Assembly (NCBI GenBank): GCA_038130705.1
Contig: JAYPOA010000001.1
Span: 2,333 to 66,332, forward strand
Source of the DNA: Methanobacteriota archaeon
GTDB lineage: Archaea > Thermoplasmatota > Poseidoniia > Poseidoniales > Poseidoniaceae
DNA length: 64,000 nt
Direction: 5' to 3'
Under the pieces are notes generated by a model that worked only from the letters and a program-made list of their open reading frames with translations, made no database searches and had not been told where the DNA came from. Both the position numbers and the translations under genes were made by a program. Position 1 is the stretch's first letter. Each line of letters opens with the position of its first letter. Below are positions 45,932 through 55,573 of this stretch, piece after piece.

Positions 45932-47367
45932 CCCACCAACGCTTCACTTATTCGCATTAATGGACCACCATCGCCAACTGGAACCGTTTGTCCCTTGCCA
46001 CAGAATCCAGGTGAGCCAAGATAAGCATCCTTGGTTAATCCATCAACGTTTTTCAAAATCTCCAACGTCATTCCAGAAACGCTTACGTCTTTTACAGGTC
46101 GAGATAAACTTCCATTCTCGATAATCCATGCTTCTTGTGCTGCGAATTGGAATGATCCTCTTCCAGTATCCACTTGTCCACCTCTGCTACCACAGGCATA
46201 TACTCCAAAATCAATGTCTTCAATTAATTCGTCCAGGTCCTTGTGAGTACCTCCCTGGATAACAGTGTTCGACATTCTTACTAGCGGGTGATGTAGGCCG
46301 TCCTGGGCTCTTGCACCACCGTTTGGGTCAAGGTTGTACTTGTGGGCTGTTTCCCTATGATTGAGATATTCTGTCAAAACTCCGTTTACTATCAGATTTT
46401 TAGGCCTAGTATCAACACCTTCATCGTCTATTGGGTAGCAACCATAGCCTCCTCTCATTGTTGGATCGTCAACTACAGTACAAATCTCAGAACCAATTTG
46501 TTGTCCAAGCCTCCCTTCAAGACAAGAATCTCCTGCTGCTACTAAATCTGCTTCACACGGGTGGCCGAGGGCTTCGTGAATGTAAACTCCGGTCAAGTCC
46601 CTATCTGCTACAAGAGGAATCTTACCTGAAGGTGCTCTTTCAGCACCCAATAACCTCAATGCGGAAATCCTTGCATTTTCACCCATGCCACCGAGGTCAC
46701 ATTCTTCGATGATTTCAAGACCTCCTTCACCACCATGCCTCATTCTATAGGAGACGACGCCGGATTCATCTCTTGCTGTTACCATGCCGTGAATTAGACT
46801 TCTTTGGAAAGACCAAACCCTATTCATTCCCTCACTGGTAATTAACTCGGTGTGGATGTGTTCATCTGACCAACCAGTAGAAGTTGAGACTATTGATTTG
46901 TGGTCTTTAGCCTCGTTATCAATTGCCAACATTAAATCGATTCTTGTCTGCAATTCAGTATCTCTAACGTCTTTTTTACTCTTCCAGTGAATTTCATCTT
47001 CAATTATCGGCACTTCAGCGAGACCAACTGGGCTTTGATTATTTGGCCGTCTCGAAGCAACTGCTTTTGCTAATTTAACAGTAGATTCAACTTGTGATTC
47101 TATCGAATTAAAATCACTAGTTGAGTGAACGCCCCATGCTCCATCGGCAAGAATCCTCATAGTAAGGCCAACTTCTTGTCCCGGTATTGCCCTCTCTAGT
47201 TTGCCGTCTTTTAGTGAGACTGAGTTTGTAGTCTCGCTAACTAACCTAAGTTCTGCATATTCTGCTCCAAGAGTCATTGCAGAATCAATTGTTCTTCTAG
47301 CAATTGCTTCGTCTAATATCCTACCCGTGTTGCGAGATAAGGAATCTGTTTTTGTAGCGACCACCAT
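45928..47367 (-). CDS. tldD: TldD metalloprotease
   Basis: HEALGHPCEAD, DDEG, RMSNT, GGQVD, CGKGQTVPVGDGGP. Confidence 0.93.
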   Translation of the reverse strand: MVVATKTDSLSRNTGRILDEAIARRTIDSAMTLGAEYAELRLVSETTNSVSLKDGKLERAIPGQEVGLTMRILADGAWGVHSTSDFNSIESQVESTVKLAKAVASRRPNNQSPVGLAEVPIIEDEIHWKSKKDVRDTELQTRIDLMLAIDNEAKDHKSIVSTSTGWSDEHIHTELITSEGMNRVWSFQRSLIHGMVTARDESGVVSYRMRHGGEGGLEIIEECDLGGMGENARISALRLLGAERAPSGKIPLVADRDLTGVYIHEALGHPCEADLVAAGDSCLEGRLGQQIGSEICTVVDDPTMRGGYGCYPIDDEGVDTRPKNLIVNGVLTEYLNHRETAHKYNLDPNGGARAQDGLHHPLVRMSNTVIQGGTHKDLDELIEDIDFGVYACGSRGGQVDTGRGSFQFAAQEAWIIENGSLSRPVKDVSVSGMTLEILKNVDGLTKDAYLGSPGFCGKGQTVPVGDGGPLMRISEALVG

Positions 47368-47408
47368 GAAATAACGCAGGAACAAGACCCCTTTGATGCT
47401 TTCTAATT

Positions 47409-47897
47409 TTAGCGTAAATCAGAGGTGAGAACATGGCCAATTGCTGCATTTTCATCTTCACCATTGTCGATTCCTAATCTCTTTGCGTCGAATATCTCCA
47501 AACTTGGGCGGTCATCAAGTATTGTGAAATTCATTTTCGCAGCATGAGAGGTAAAATCCTCCTCTGAGGCATTGCAAGATAAATCCACAATGTAGCCATA
47601 CTTTTCTCCGACAATGATTCCAGCTCTAGAAAAGCTCGCTGAGATATGGTGAGTGCCAGATAATAATCTCATGAACTCACCATCGATAGAGTTTGACTTC
47701 ATCTTATTTCTTTCATTATTCCTAATCATAAGGTCGTAGGCAGTCCAAGCATGGATTTCACTAGCTAAAACAATGCCCGAAATCAGGGCCCACTGTTCAG
47801 AATATCGATTCTTAATCCATGAATTTACCAAATCACGAGGATTTTCGCACGGGCTTTCAAATTCAACCCTTCTACAAGGAAATATTTCGTCGCCCAT
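47409..47897 (-). CDS. cgi121: KEOPS complex subunit Cgi121-like
   Basis: H...A......SNSIDGEFMRLLSGTHHISAS..RAGI matches the Cgi121 pattern; adjacent to hel308. Confidence 0.7.
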   Translation of the reverse strand: MGDEIFPCRRVEFESPCENPRDLVNSWIKNRYSEQWALISGIVLASEIHAWTAYDLMIRNNERNKMKSNSIDGEFMRLLSGTHHISASFSRAGIIVGEKYGYIVDLSCNASEEDFTSHAAKMNFTILDDRPSLEIFDAKRLGIDNGEDENAAIGHVLTSDLR

Positions 47898-47921
47898 GAC
47901 CGTTGGAGGAGGTTCATATCT

Positions 47922-50438
47922 TCAATCCTGACGCTCTCCTGGCAATGGTTCATCATCTATCCTTGATTTTGGTTCTTTTTCAGACACTATCTGATTTTTT
48001 ACGGCTTCCATTATATTGTTTACAAGTACAGGGCCCCAGCCTCGTTTTGATTTTAATTTGTCAAGTTCTTTCGCGCTTATTTGTGAGAGGTCCTTTGGAG
48101 TTCTTATTCCCATTTCAGAGAGAGTTCTAGCTCTACTTCTTCCAACATTTCTGAGCTGAACCAATTGTAATAGGTCCTCTTTACAACCGGCTCTTACTCT
48201 CATCCGTACCAAGTCTAACTTACCAACTAAATCTGCTACAAATCCAAGATGTTCTTGAGCAAAAACATCATCCATTCGTAAAATTTCTCTCGCCGCCAAT
48301 AACAACCACTGCATTAGATCAGTTCGGGTGTAAACATCACCCGGACTGACTCCAAGTTTCTTTTCTATGTGGCGAAGGTCTTCTTCCTCATACCATAATT
48401 CGGTACACCATGCGCTCTTAACAAATGACATTGCCCTTTCGTCTATTGGACTCTCTATCAATAGTTCATCTTCTACTATTGCGGCCTTTTGTCTCAAATC
48501 ACTTCCAAACTCTAATTCGCTTGATTTAGCCCAGAGGTTAAGAAAATCTGGTGTAGCTGTAACTAAGTGACACAAACCAAATTCCGTGACAGGTAAGTTA
48601 TTCCTTACTAACCTCCTTACAGCTCTACGAAGGCCATCTATCAGGATATCTGCTGAAAGTGGATCGAGGTATAACTGGGCGACTCTCTCTCCCATTGGAG
48701 TTGCAGAATAAACAGTATCAAGGGATTCCACATTTTGAAACACTTCTGTAGCATTATATGTTGTTGCTTTCCTAAAACCGAAGGTCGCCTCAATTGGTTC
48801 ACGCGACTTTTTCGAGGACAATGATACCCCCGATGCTTGAGTTGCTACATCAACCCAGGAAGGTACTTCATCATCCCAAGTTTCTACAACGGTTCCTGTG
48901 TTAGTCCTGCGAATAAATCGTTTTTCAACCAACCACTGAAGCATGTTGTCTATGTTTTCCTGTAGGTATGAATTAGGTTGGGAATACCCTAAGAAAGTTT
49001 CAGAGAAGAATTCTCCAATTTCTTTTCTTGAATTTAGACCACCCGTAGCGATTGATGATAGTAAATGGAATCTAAGTGCAGGCTCAGCTGCTAATTTGGA
49101 ATTAATATCCTCCACGGGACCGTGAATGTACATATCAGATATCTGGTCTGCTATTTCCTTAGGGTCTCCTCCTTTACAAAGTAGCCATGCTTCTCCTTTT
49201 TTATCAAAACGAGGGCGTCCAGCTCTACCCATCATTTGCCTCACTTCCATAACTGGAAGATACTTACTCATTCCATCCTCGTAACGTTTCAAATCTCTAA
49301 TCAGTACTCGACGTGCTGGAAGATTTACTCCTGCCGCCAATGTAGGAGTTGCGCATAAACAATAGAGCAACTTGTCTTTGAAACCTTCTTCGATTATCTT
49401 CCTTTGTGTTGACCTGAGACCTGCGTGATGGAAAGCAACGCCTCCTTTCACACACTCTGCAAGTTTATCGCCCATAGTTGAATTAGACAAGTTGGATAAC
49501 TTATCTGATAATTTTTTCAAAATCTCTAGTTTTTCAGGATCGTCCTTTGCTAATTTTTTTTGCATCCTTCCACCTAACTTGAATGCCTCTGATTCTGAGT
49601 TCCTTCTCGTAGCCACGAATACTAAGAGTTGCCCTTGCTCTTTGATAACATCATCCAAGACGGGCCAAGCGATATGCGATTTTGGCCCAATCAAGGTCCG
49701 AGGCGGATTTAACCCTGTATCTGAAATAAGCTCACTTTTCTGGATTGCTCTCGGCTCCAGATTTAACTCCGCTAACGTTGAATATTCCAAACTTACAGGT
49801 CTCCACTGAGATACTATCAAATCAGATTCTAGCCAATCAGCCAATTCTTGAGAATTACCTACCGTTGCGGATAACGTGATTATTTGTGCTTCAGGAACTA
49901 AGTGCCTAATTCTTGCAAGGTTTATTTCCATTGTAGGGCCCCTTGTTGAATCATTCAAAAGGTGGAATTCATCAGCAACGATGATTGATACCTTTCGCAA
50001 AACCCCTTTATTTTGCCTCATTAGAGAGTCTAATTTTTCACTGGTACACACCAAAATGTCACAGTCTTCAATGTTACTAACTTCATTTCTGTTATCCCCG
50101 ATTCCTAAGCCTATCTTAAGTCCAAGAGCGCTTCCCAATTCGGTTAATTCTTGTTGCTTTTCAGATGCAAGAGCCTTTAGAGGAACGATATATATCGCCC
50201 TAGTTCCTTTTTCTGAAACGAGTAATTTTTGACAAATACCAATGTATGAAACTAAGGTTTTTCCGCTCGCAGTCGGAATACAAACCATCGTGTTATTTCC
50301 TGAAAGGATTGAAGGCATCGCCTTTGCTTGAGGGGGATGAAGTTTTTCAATTCCCCATTTTTCTTGAATAAATTTTGCTAAATCAATGGACAAACCGAGT
50401 TTGGAAATATCCCTCTCGAATTCACCCATGATTATCAT
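47922..50438 (-). CDS. hel308: Ski2-like DNA helicase Hel308/Hjm
   Basis: PTASGKT, VPLKALASEK, DEFH, LSAT, AFHHAGL, TPTLAAGVNLPA, QMMGRAGRP, C-terminal HhH VGRSRAR. Confidence 0.94.
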   Translation of the reverse strand: MIIMGEFERDISKLGLSIDLAKFIQEKWGIEKLHPPQAKAMPSILSGNNTMVCIPTASGKTLVSYIGICQKLLVSEKGTRAIYIVPLKALASEKQQELTELGSALGLKIGLGIGDNRNEVSNIEDCDILVCTSEKLDSLMRQNKGVLRKVSIIVADEFHLLNDSTRGPTMEINLARIRHLVPEAQIITLSATVGNSQELADWLESDLIVSQWRPVSLEYSTLAELNLEPRAIQKSELISDTGLNPPRTLIGPKSHIAWPVLDDVIKEQGQLLVFVATRRNSESEAFKLGGRMQKKLAKDDPEKLEILKKLSDKLSNLSNSTMGDKLAECVKGGVAFHHAGLRSTQRKIIEEGFKDKLLYCLCATPTLAAGVNLPARRVLIRDLKRYEDGMSKYLPVMEVRQMMGRAGRPRFDKKGEAWLLCKGGDPKEIADQISDMYIHGPVEDINSKLAAEPALRFHLLSSIATGGLNSRKEIGEFFSETFLGYSQPNSYLQENIDNMLQWLVEKRFIRRTNTGTVVETWDDEVPSWVDVATQASGVSLSSKKSREPIEATFGFRKATTYNATEVFQNVESLDTVYSATPMGERVAQLYLDPLSADILIDGLRRAVRRLVRNNLPVTEFGLCHLVTATPDFLNLWAKSSELEFGSDLRQKAAIVEDELLIESPIDERAMSFVKSAWCTELWYEEEDLRHIEKKLGVSPGDVYTRTDLMQWLLLAAREILRMDDVFAQEHLGFVADLVGKLDLVRMRVRAGCKEDLLQLVQLRNVGRSRARTLSEMGIRTPKDLSQISAKELDKLKSKRGWGPVLVNNIMEAVKNQIVSEKEPKSRIDDEPLPGERQD

Positions 50439-50515
50439 TCATGGGTCAATAGTCCAAAAGGTAACCGATTAATCATCCGACACCCTCAAGGTCTATCAGT
50501 GATGACAAGCCCAAC

Positions 50516-51157
50516 ATGGGACCCGAAGATAGTGTGGTTGAACAAAGACTTTCTGTGTTTGATGATGAACCTGATTTGAATGACTGGTTTGAAGTTATTT
50601 GTGGTTCACTCATGTCGGTTATTGGTGTATTCCAGCTCGTATCCCCAGGTGATTTAGTAGACCCTGATGTAATGAGATGGTTCGCTGCTTCCGTAGCGGT
50701 TGTTGGAGTAGTTTGGGCGGCGCACGGTCTGAAAGATATGGCAATCAAAGAAGTTCGAAAATCAATAGTTCTACTAGAAATGGGTGGTAAACAGGGAACT
50801 ATCGATTTCGGTCTAATTCGCGACGTAATTCTAAACCCTGAAGCATATACAGAATTCCTCGTAAAAGAGTACCAATCTGCTTACGAAGATGGGGTAATAA
50901 CTGATGAGGAACTTGAAGAATTAAACGCTATCCAAAAGGCTCTTGGAATATCTGATGCCGAGGCGGCGAAAATCTCTGTTGAAGCTGCAATAAAATCTGC
51001 TTTAGACGATGGAAAGATCACAGATGATGAAAAGGAAATGATTGCAAAGGCCGCTGAGGGTCTATCAAAGGCTAAGAAAGAAAAAGTAATGAAGGCTTTA
51101 GAAGATGGCAATATTTCAGAAGAAGTGACAAAAATATTGGAAAACCTGAACATTTAA
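50516..51157 (+). CDS. Two-TM membrane protein with repeated DGxI(T/S)xxE motifs
   Basis: EDGVITDEE, DDGKITDDE, EDGNISEE after two TM helices. Confidence 0.6.
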   Translation: MGPEDSVVEQRLSVFDDEPDLNDWFEVICGSLMSVIGVFQLVSPGDLVDPDVMRWFAASVAVVGVVWAAHGLKDMAIKEVRKSIVLLEMGGKQGTIDFGLIRDVILNPEAYTEFLVKEYQSAYEDGVITDEELEELNAIQKALGISDAEAAKISVEAAIKSALDDGKITDDEKEMIAKAAEGLSKAKKEKVMKALEDGNISEEVTKILENLNI

Positions 51158-53175
51158 TCATTCCATTTGTTATCTGAAAGAACGTTATCTAGCGCCCTTT
51201 TTGCGCCACGTCTGCGATTATTTTCGTAGTACACACCGCCTGCTATCAAAAATAAACCTGAAATTAACCATACTATCTGATATGGAATAAAGGATTCTAC
51301 TGGCTGGACTGATTCTGATGCATAAAGAAATTCATGATTAATGTCATAACCTAATTTTATTCTAAATTCTAAATCGTCAACTTCACCGTCTAACATAGTT
51401 ATTGAAATCAAACTGGGGTAAAGGTTTTCTTGCATTAATCTCCACCTTCCTTCCGGTATATCTGCAGGCCTTGTACCCCAAGCGGGGTCTTGTATTGAGC
51501 CCAAACTTGCTGAATTTACCATCTCTGCCTCGAAATGAACAACATTTGAAGATGGTAATTCATCCACTACAAGCAATGATTCCAGAATCAGCAGGTCGAG
51601 TATTATCGTCCTTGCAGCAAGTAGTATGAAATTTCTTGAATGAGGATCTAAAAGGTCGTCATTTGGATTTATGCCCACCTTATCTATTACTTTTGAAAAT
51701 ATCAGATTTTCAATATTTAATTCATAAAGCTCAGGGATATGTAGTTGCCATCGTCCATCATCCAATGGCCAAGCAGAATCTGCTTGGAGATAAAGTGACA
51801 ATATATCACCATCTAACATACCGAAGGTTGCTCCAACGTGAAGAGCTCTTGAGGATGCAGGAGTACCCGGGTGAGATGCATGCCAAAGTTGCTCCAGCCT
51901 CTCATCTATCAACTCTGAGAGATTTTTCTCATCGCCGCCCTGAAATTCATCAAATGTCGTCATCAGTGGTGAAATTATCCCCGATAGGAACAAGATTAGT
52001 ACCCCGGGAGCAAAAACTGCATACTTCAAGGTAGTTGAGGTCGTTTCTAATCTAATGTGTATCGTTAAACCAATAATCACTGAGAGGGATATCACGAAAT
52101 ATGAAAACACAGATGTTGAACTGAGTGGTTCTGCTCCAAAATCTGATGCTTTCATTCCATAACCTTCCCATTCCCATGATGAGTATGTAAACTGCTCAGG
52201 GCTGGTTGGACCAAGCCCCTCGAATGCAATCATTCCAATCCATTCATATGGTTGGAAAGAATTTAATTTCCCACCGATGCAAAGGTCATACTCTCCAACA
52301 GGTAATGCTCTCCATTGCCAAGTTATTCTTGTTTCACCGTTTTCAGATATGGTTTCCATTTCTGGCTCTGGAGCCAATCTTCTATCTGGCAAAATCAAAT
52401 CCGGCCTACCATGATTCTGTTCAATTTCTGCTGGCACTACTTCCCAAATAAATGAAATCCGCAGAATTTCATGATTTTCAACCTCGAAAGTCCAGCAGTC
52501 TCTATCATCATCCACGAGAGCACCGTAATGCATTATATCTAATTCAGTTTGAACCGGAGAGCCGTCAGAAGAGGGTTCGTCAATGTCTCTTTCTTCGATG
52601 TTATCTGACCAAATAATGTCCAAGAACATGTAAGAATAGCCCCGCAAATTCAATTCCCAAGTCCCAGGGCGGTCGATCTGGAACTCCAATAGAATCTTAA
52701 TTTCTTCATCTGGCCAAAGTAATCTATCACCTCCATGGTTGATAGGTTCATTCTCTATTCGAAATGGAGCATTATTTGTCTGACCAAATTCAGAATTTCC
52801 ATCAAATTCTATTGTTGTAATAGATTCTGCAATGATTATCGAAACCTTAAGGTCCGGTTTTGAGATTCCAAAAATATCGTCTGTAAAACGTAAGTCTACC
52901 TGCAGTTCCTCGATTACGTCGGGGATTAATGCAATATCAGCCTGAGACGGCATCATTGGTAGTTCAACTAAAAAATATTCAGGAGACACTGGGCTTGCAG
53001 AATTAACTGTCTTGCTTATGCTTTCATCACCAACATGGAACTCAGTGAGCATACAGGAATCATAATCATCGCAGGAAAACCATAGTTGACCACCGTTTTC
53101 TTCTGAATCGATTGCAGCAGATGATAATGGAAAAAGTAAATTCGCGAGGAGTATTGTTAGGATAAACCTCCTCAT
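51154..53175 (-). CDS. Large exported/membrane protein, hypothetical
   Basis: Signal peptide, acidic beta-rich domains, two internal and one C-terminal TM. Confidence 0.65.
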   Translation of the reverse strand: MRRFILTILLANLLFPLSSAAIDSEENGGQLWFSCDDYDSCMLTEFHVGDESISKTVNSASPVSPEYFLVELPMMPSQADIALIPDVIEELQVDLRFTDDIFGISKPDLKVSIIIAESITTIEFDGNSEFGQTNNAPFRIENEPINHGGDRLLWPDEEIKILLEFQIDRPGTWELNLRGYSYMFLDIIWSDNIEERDIDEPSSDGSPVQTELDIMHYGALVDDDRDCWTFEVENHEILRISFIWEVVPAEIEQNHGRPDLILPDRRLAPEPEMETISENGETRITWQWRALPVGEYDLCIGGKLNSFQPYEWIGMIAFEGLGPTSPEQFTYSSWEWEGYGMKASDFGAEPLSSTSVFSYFVISLSVIIGLTIHIRLETTSTTLKYAVFAPGVLILFLSGIISPLMTTFDEFQGGDEKNLSELIDERLEQLWHASHPGTPASSRALHVGATFGMLDGDILSLYLQADSAWPLDDGRWQLHIPELYELNIENLIFSKVIDKVGINPNDDLLDPHSRNFILLAARTIILDLLILESLLVVDELPSSNVVHFEAEMVNSASLGSIQDPAWGTRPADIPEGRWRLMQENLYPSLISITMLDGEVDDLEFRIKLGYDINHEFLYASESVQPVESFIPYQIVWLISGLFLIAGGVYYENNRRRGAKRALDNVLSDNKWND

Positions 53176-53212
53176 GGTAATTCGTAGAATCGCTTACTAA
53201 TCACTATACCGA

Positions 53213-53740
53213 CTATATGCGAATGTCGAGTAATATTGTTTTACAAGACCTGCACATGTACTTTTTCTTTCCTGGCTTTTGACGAGGATATTCCTTACCG
53301 CAGTCTTCACATTTTAATATCCAATTCGCATTTTTCCTTCTAAGAAATTCTGTAAAATCTTTGCCCATTGATTTTGATTTTTGACTCGGCCACATATTTT
53401 CTAAGGTTTTGAACAATTTGTCGTGAGCAAGATAACCGAGAGCGTGTACATATTCATGATGTAAAACCCATGCCGCGTAAGCTTTCCATTCCTCGTTTAG
53501 CAATTGTGGATGGAGGTCGATGACATCTACCTCAGAAGGGTATTTTGGAACTCTAACACCTTTTTTCCATCTCGTGACACCATGTCTTTGAGTTGCATTT
53601 TTACGTAATACTCCAATACTAATTTTTGATAATTCAGTAAGTTGCTGGTCTTCCCAAAGTTCCATTGTAGACATAACTTCTAGCACGATTTCCTTGATTT
53701 CTTCTATTTGTTCAAGTTGAATTTTGTTGGGTTTTGGCAT
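53213..53740 (-). CDS. SprT-like zinc metalloprotease
   Basis: LHHEYVHA...H...F and C-terminal CEDC...CRSC zinc ribbon; TGATG coupling to upstream gene. Confidence 0.8.
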   Translation of the reverse strand: MPKPNKIQLEQIEEIKEIVLEVMSTMELWEDQQLTELSKISIGVLRKNATQRHGVTRWKKGVRVPKYPSEVDVIDLHPQLLNEEWKAYAAWVLHHEYVHALGYLAHDKLFKTLENMWPSQKSKSMGKDFTEFLRRKNANWILKCEDCGKEYPRQKPGKKKYMCRSCKTILLDIRI

Positions 53741-54204
53741 CAAGACCACCGATGATAGGCGGGATGCCCCTCTTTAACAGCAACAAAAAGTCCAGATCCT
53801 GTTGCGCAAATTTTACCTTCTGCGGTAAGAGTCATACTTACTTTTGCTCTATCATCTTGTAAATCGTCTATTTCTGCTAAAATGTGAAGTTCAGCTCCTG
53901 CAGGGGTTGGTCTTCGTAATGAAATTGAATAATTTGCAGTCACAGTACATGGTGGCTCATTTGCCCCGTCTTTGTCCATCAAAGCGATAGCGGCTGCCCA
54001 ATTTCCGTGGCAATCCATCAAAGAGCCGATAATTCCGCCATTTATCATCCCTGGAAATGCTTGGTGTTCATCTGACGGAGTAAAATATAACTCAAGACCG
54101 TTTTCACAACGATGAGAATCTATTCGCAGGCCTTTCTCATTTGCGGGCCCGCATCCGAAACATATCGAGCTTGGAGCATATTGCCTTTGCACTCCGACTT
54201 CCAT
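53740..54204 (-). CDS. PaaI-family hotdog thioesterase
   Basis: CFGCG..N..GL, PGMINGGIIGSLMD, VTA....L.RPTP. Confidence 0.9.
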   Translation of the reverse strand: MEVGVQRQYAPSSICFGCGPANEKGLRIDSHRCENGLELYFTPSDEHQAFPGMINGGIIGSLMDCHGNWAAAIALMDKDGANEPPCTVTANYSISLRRPTPAGAELHILAEIDDLQDDRAKVSMTLTAEGKICATGSGLFVAVKEGHPAYHRWS

Positions 54205-54280
54205 AGTTGTGCCTGAACAAGACAGTTGATTTGCTTACCTAATGCCAGCACCTTGATGTCCTAATTCTCGATGGCAATTC

Positions 54281-55573
54281 ATGGCCGGGGAGAAGAAGCG
54301 AGTCAGAGTCGCTCACGAACTACCTAAAACCAGGAGATTGGCCATAAAAAAAGCCCTTGAAGAACATGAATCTGAAGGCAGACCAGAATGGGACAGGTCT
54401 TCTGATTGGGGCGAGATTAGATATCTCAGGAAAAGAATTCGACCTGGTGAGATGCGAACAATCATGATGCCACTATTAGATGTTGAAATGGGTGATTCAT
54501 GGCCAATCCCAGTGACTATCTTCCACGGTAAAAGACCGGGACCTGTTGTCACAATAATCGGCGGGACTCATGGAGACGAACTAACTGGGCCAAGTGCTTG
54601 TACAAACTTGCTCTCGTCAAAATTTACGGAAACTGAAGGAGCTCTAGACCCATCATTTATGGCAGGAACTGTTAGGATTATTCCAGTTCTGAATTTACCG
54701 GGTTATCGAGAAAAATCTAGATATTTTCCCGACGGTAGAGATTTGAATAGGGCATTTCCAGGAACCTCGAAAGGTAGCACAACATCTAGAGTGGCAAGGA
54801 AAATAAGAAAGAAAATAATTGAAGGTTCTGACATCATTATCGACTTACATAGCGCAGCAGAAGGGCGCTCCAATATGCCTCAAATTAGGGCCGATCTCAC
54901 ACATCCAGAATCACATCTTCTTGCAAAAGCATTCGGAATTGAGGTTATATTGGATAGCCGTCCTCCAAAAGGTAGCTTACGCAGGTATGCAAACGAAGTT
55001 GATATTGCGGCAGTAACATATGAAGGAGGAGGAGCAAATTTACTGGACCAAACTGCAGTAAAGGTTGCATTGCATGGTTGTTTGAATGTTTTAAGAGCCT
55101 TGAAAGTCATTCCAAAGAATCCTGTCAGACCCAGATTCAGACTTAATGCCGGAGGTTCTACTTGGCTCAGAGCTGGCGAGGGAGGATTATTAGACATGTT
55201 CATCAAACCGGGAAGTGTTGTAGAAAAGGGTGATGTAATTGCAACAATTTCTGACCCAGGCACCCCTGGATTAAACGTCGATATTGTTGCTCCCGAAGAT
55301 GGATTGATTATTTGCGCTGCAACAAACCCGTTCGTAACCGCTGGCACTCCCGTTGGACATATCTTGCCAGTTACGAAGCATCTAGAATTATTAAAGTCAC
55401 AAGTTGATGATAGAGGAGTACTTATCGTAAATGGTAGTCAAGCCGAAGAAATTTGGCGAGACCATGATGATGAAATGGTCGAAATCGATGTAGAGGGCGA
55501 GTGGTTAGGCGGTTCAGTTGATGCAGAATGGAACAAAATTAACGCCGATGAAACCGAGCAAGGAGAGGCTTAA
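54281..55573 (+). CDS. Succinylglutamate desuccinylase/aspartoacylase (M14) family protein
   Basis: GTHGDELTG, DLNRAFPG, IDLHS, YEGG, C-terminal lipoyl-like hairpin. Confidence 0.88.
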   Translation: MAGEKKRVRVAHELPKTRRLAIKKALEEHESEGRPEWDRSSDWGEIRYLRKRIRPGEMRTIMMPLLDVEMGDSWPIPVTIFHGKRPGPVVTIIGGTHGDELTGPSACTNLLSSKFTETEGALDPSFMAGTVRIIPVLNLPGYREKSRYFPDGRDLNRAFPGTSKGSTTSRVARKIRKKIIEGSDIIIDLHSAAEGRSNMPQIRADLTHPESHLLAKAFGIEVILDSRPPKGSLRRYANEVDIAAVTYEGGGANLLDQTAVKVALHGCLNVLRALKVIPKNPVRPRFRLNAGGSTWLRAGEGGLLDMFIKPGSVVEKGDVIATISDPGTPGLNVDIVAPEDGLIICAATNPFVTAGTPVGHILPVTKHLELLKSQVDDRGVLIVNGSQAEEIWRDHDDEMVEIDVEGEWLGGSVDAEWNKINADETEQGEA

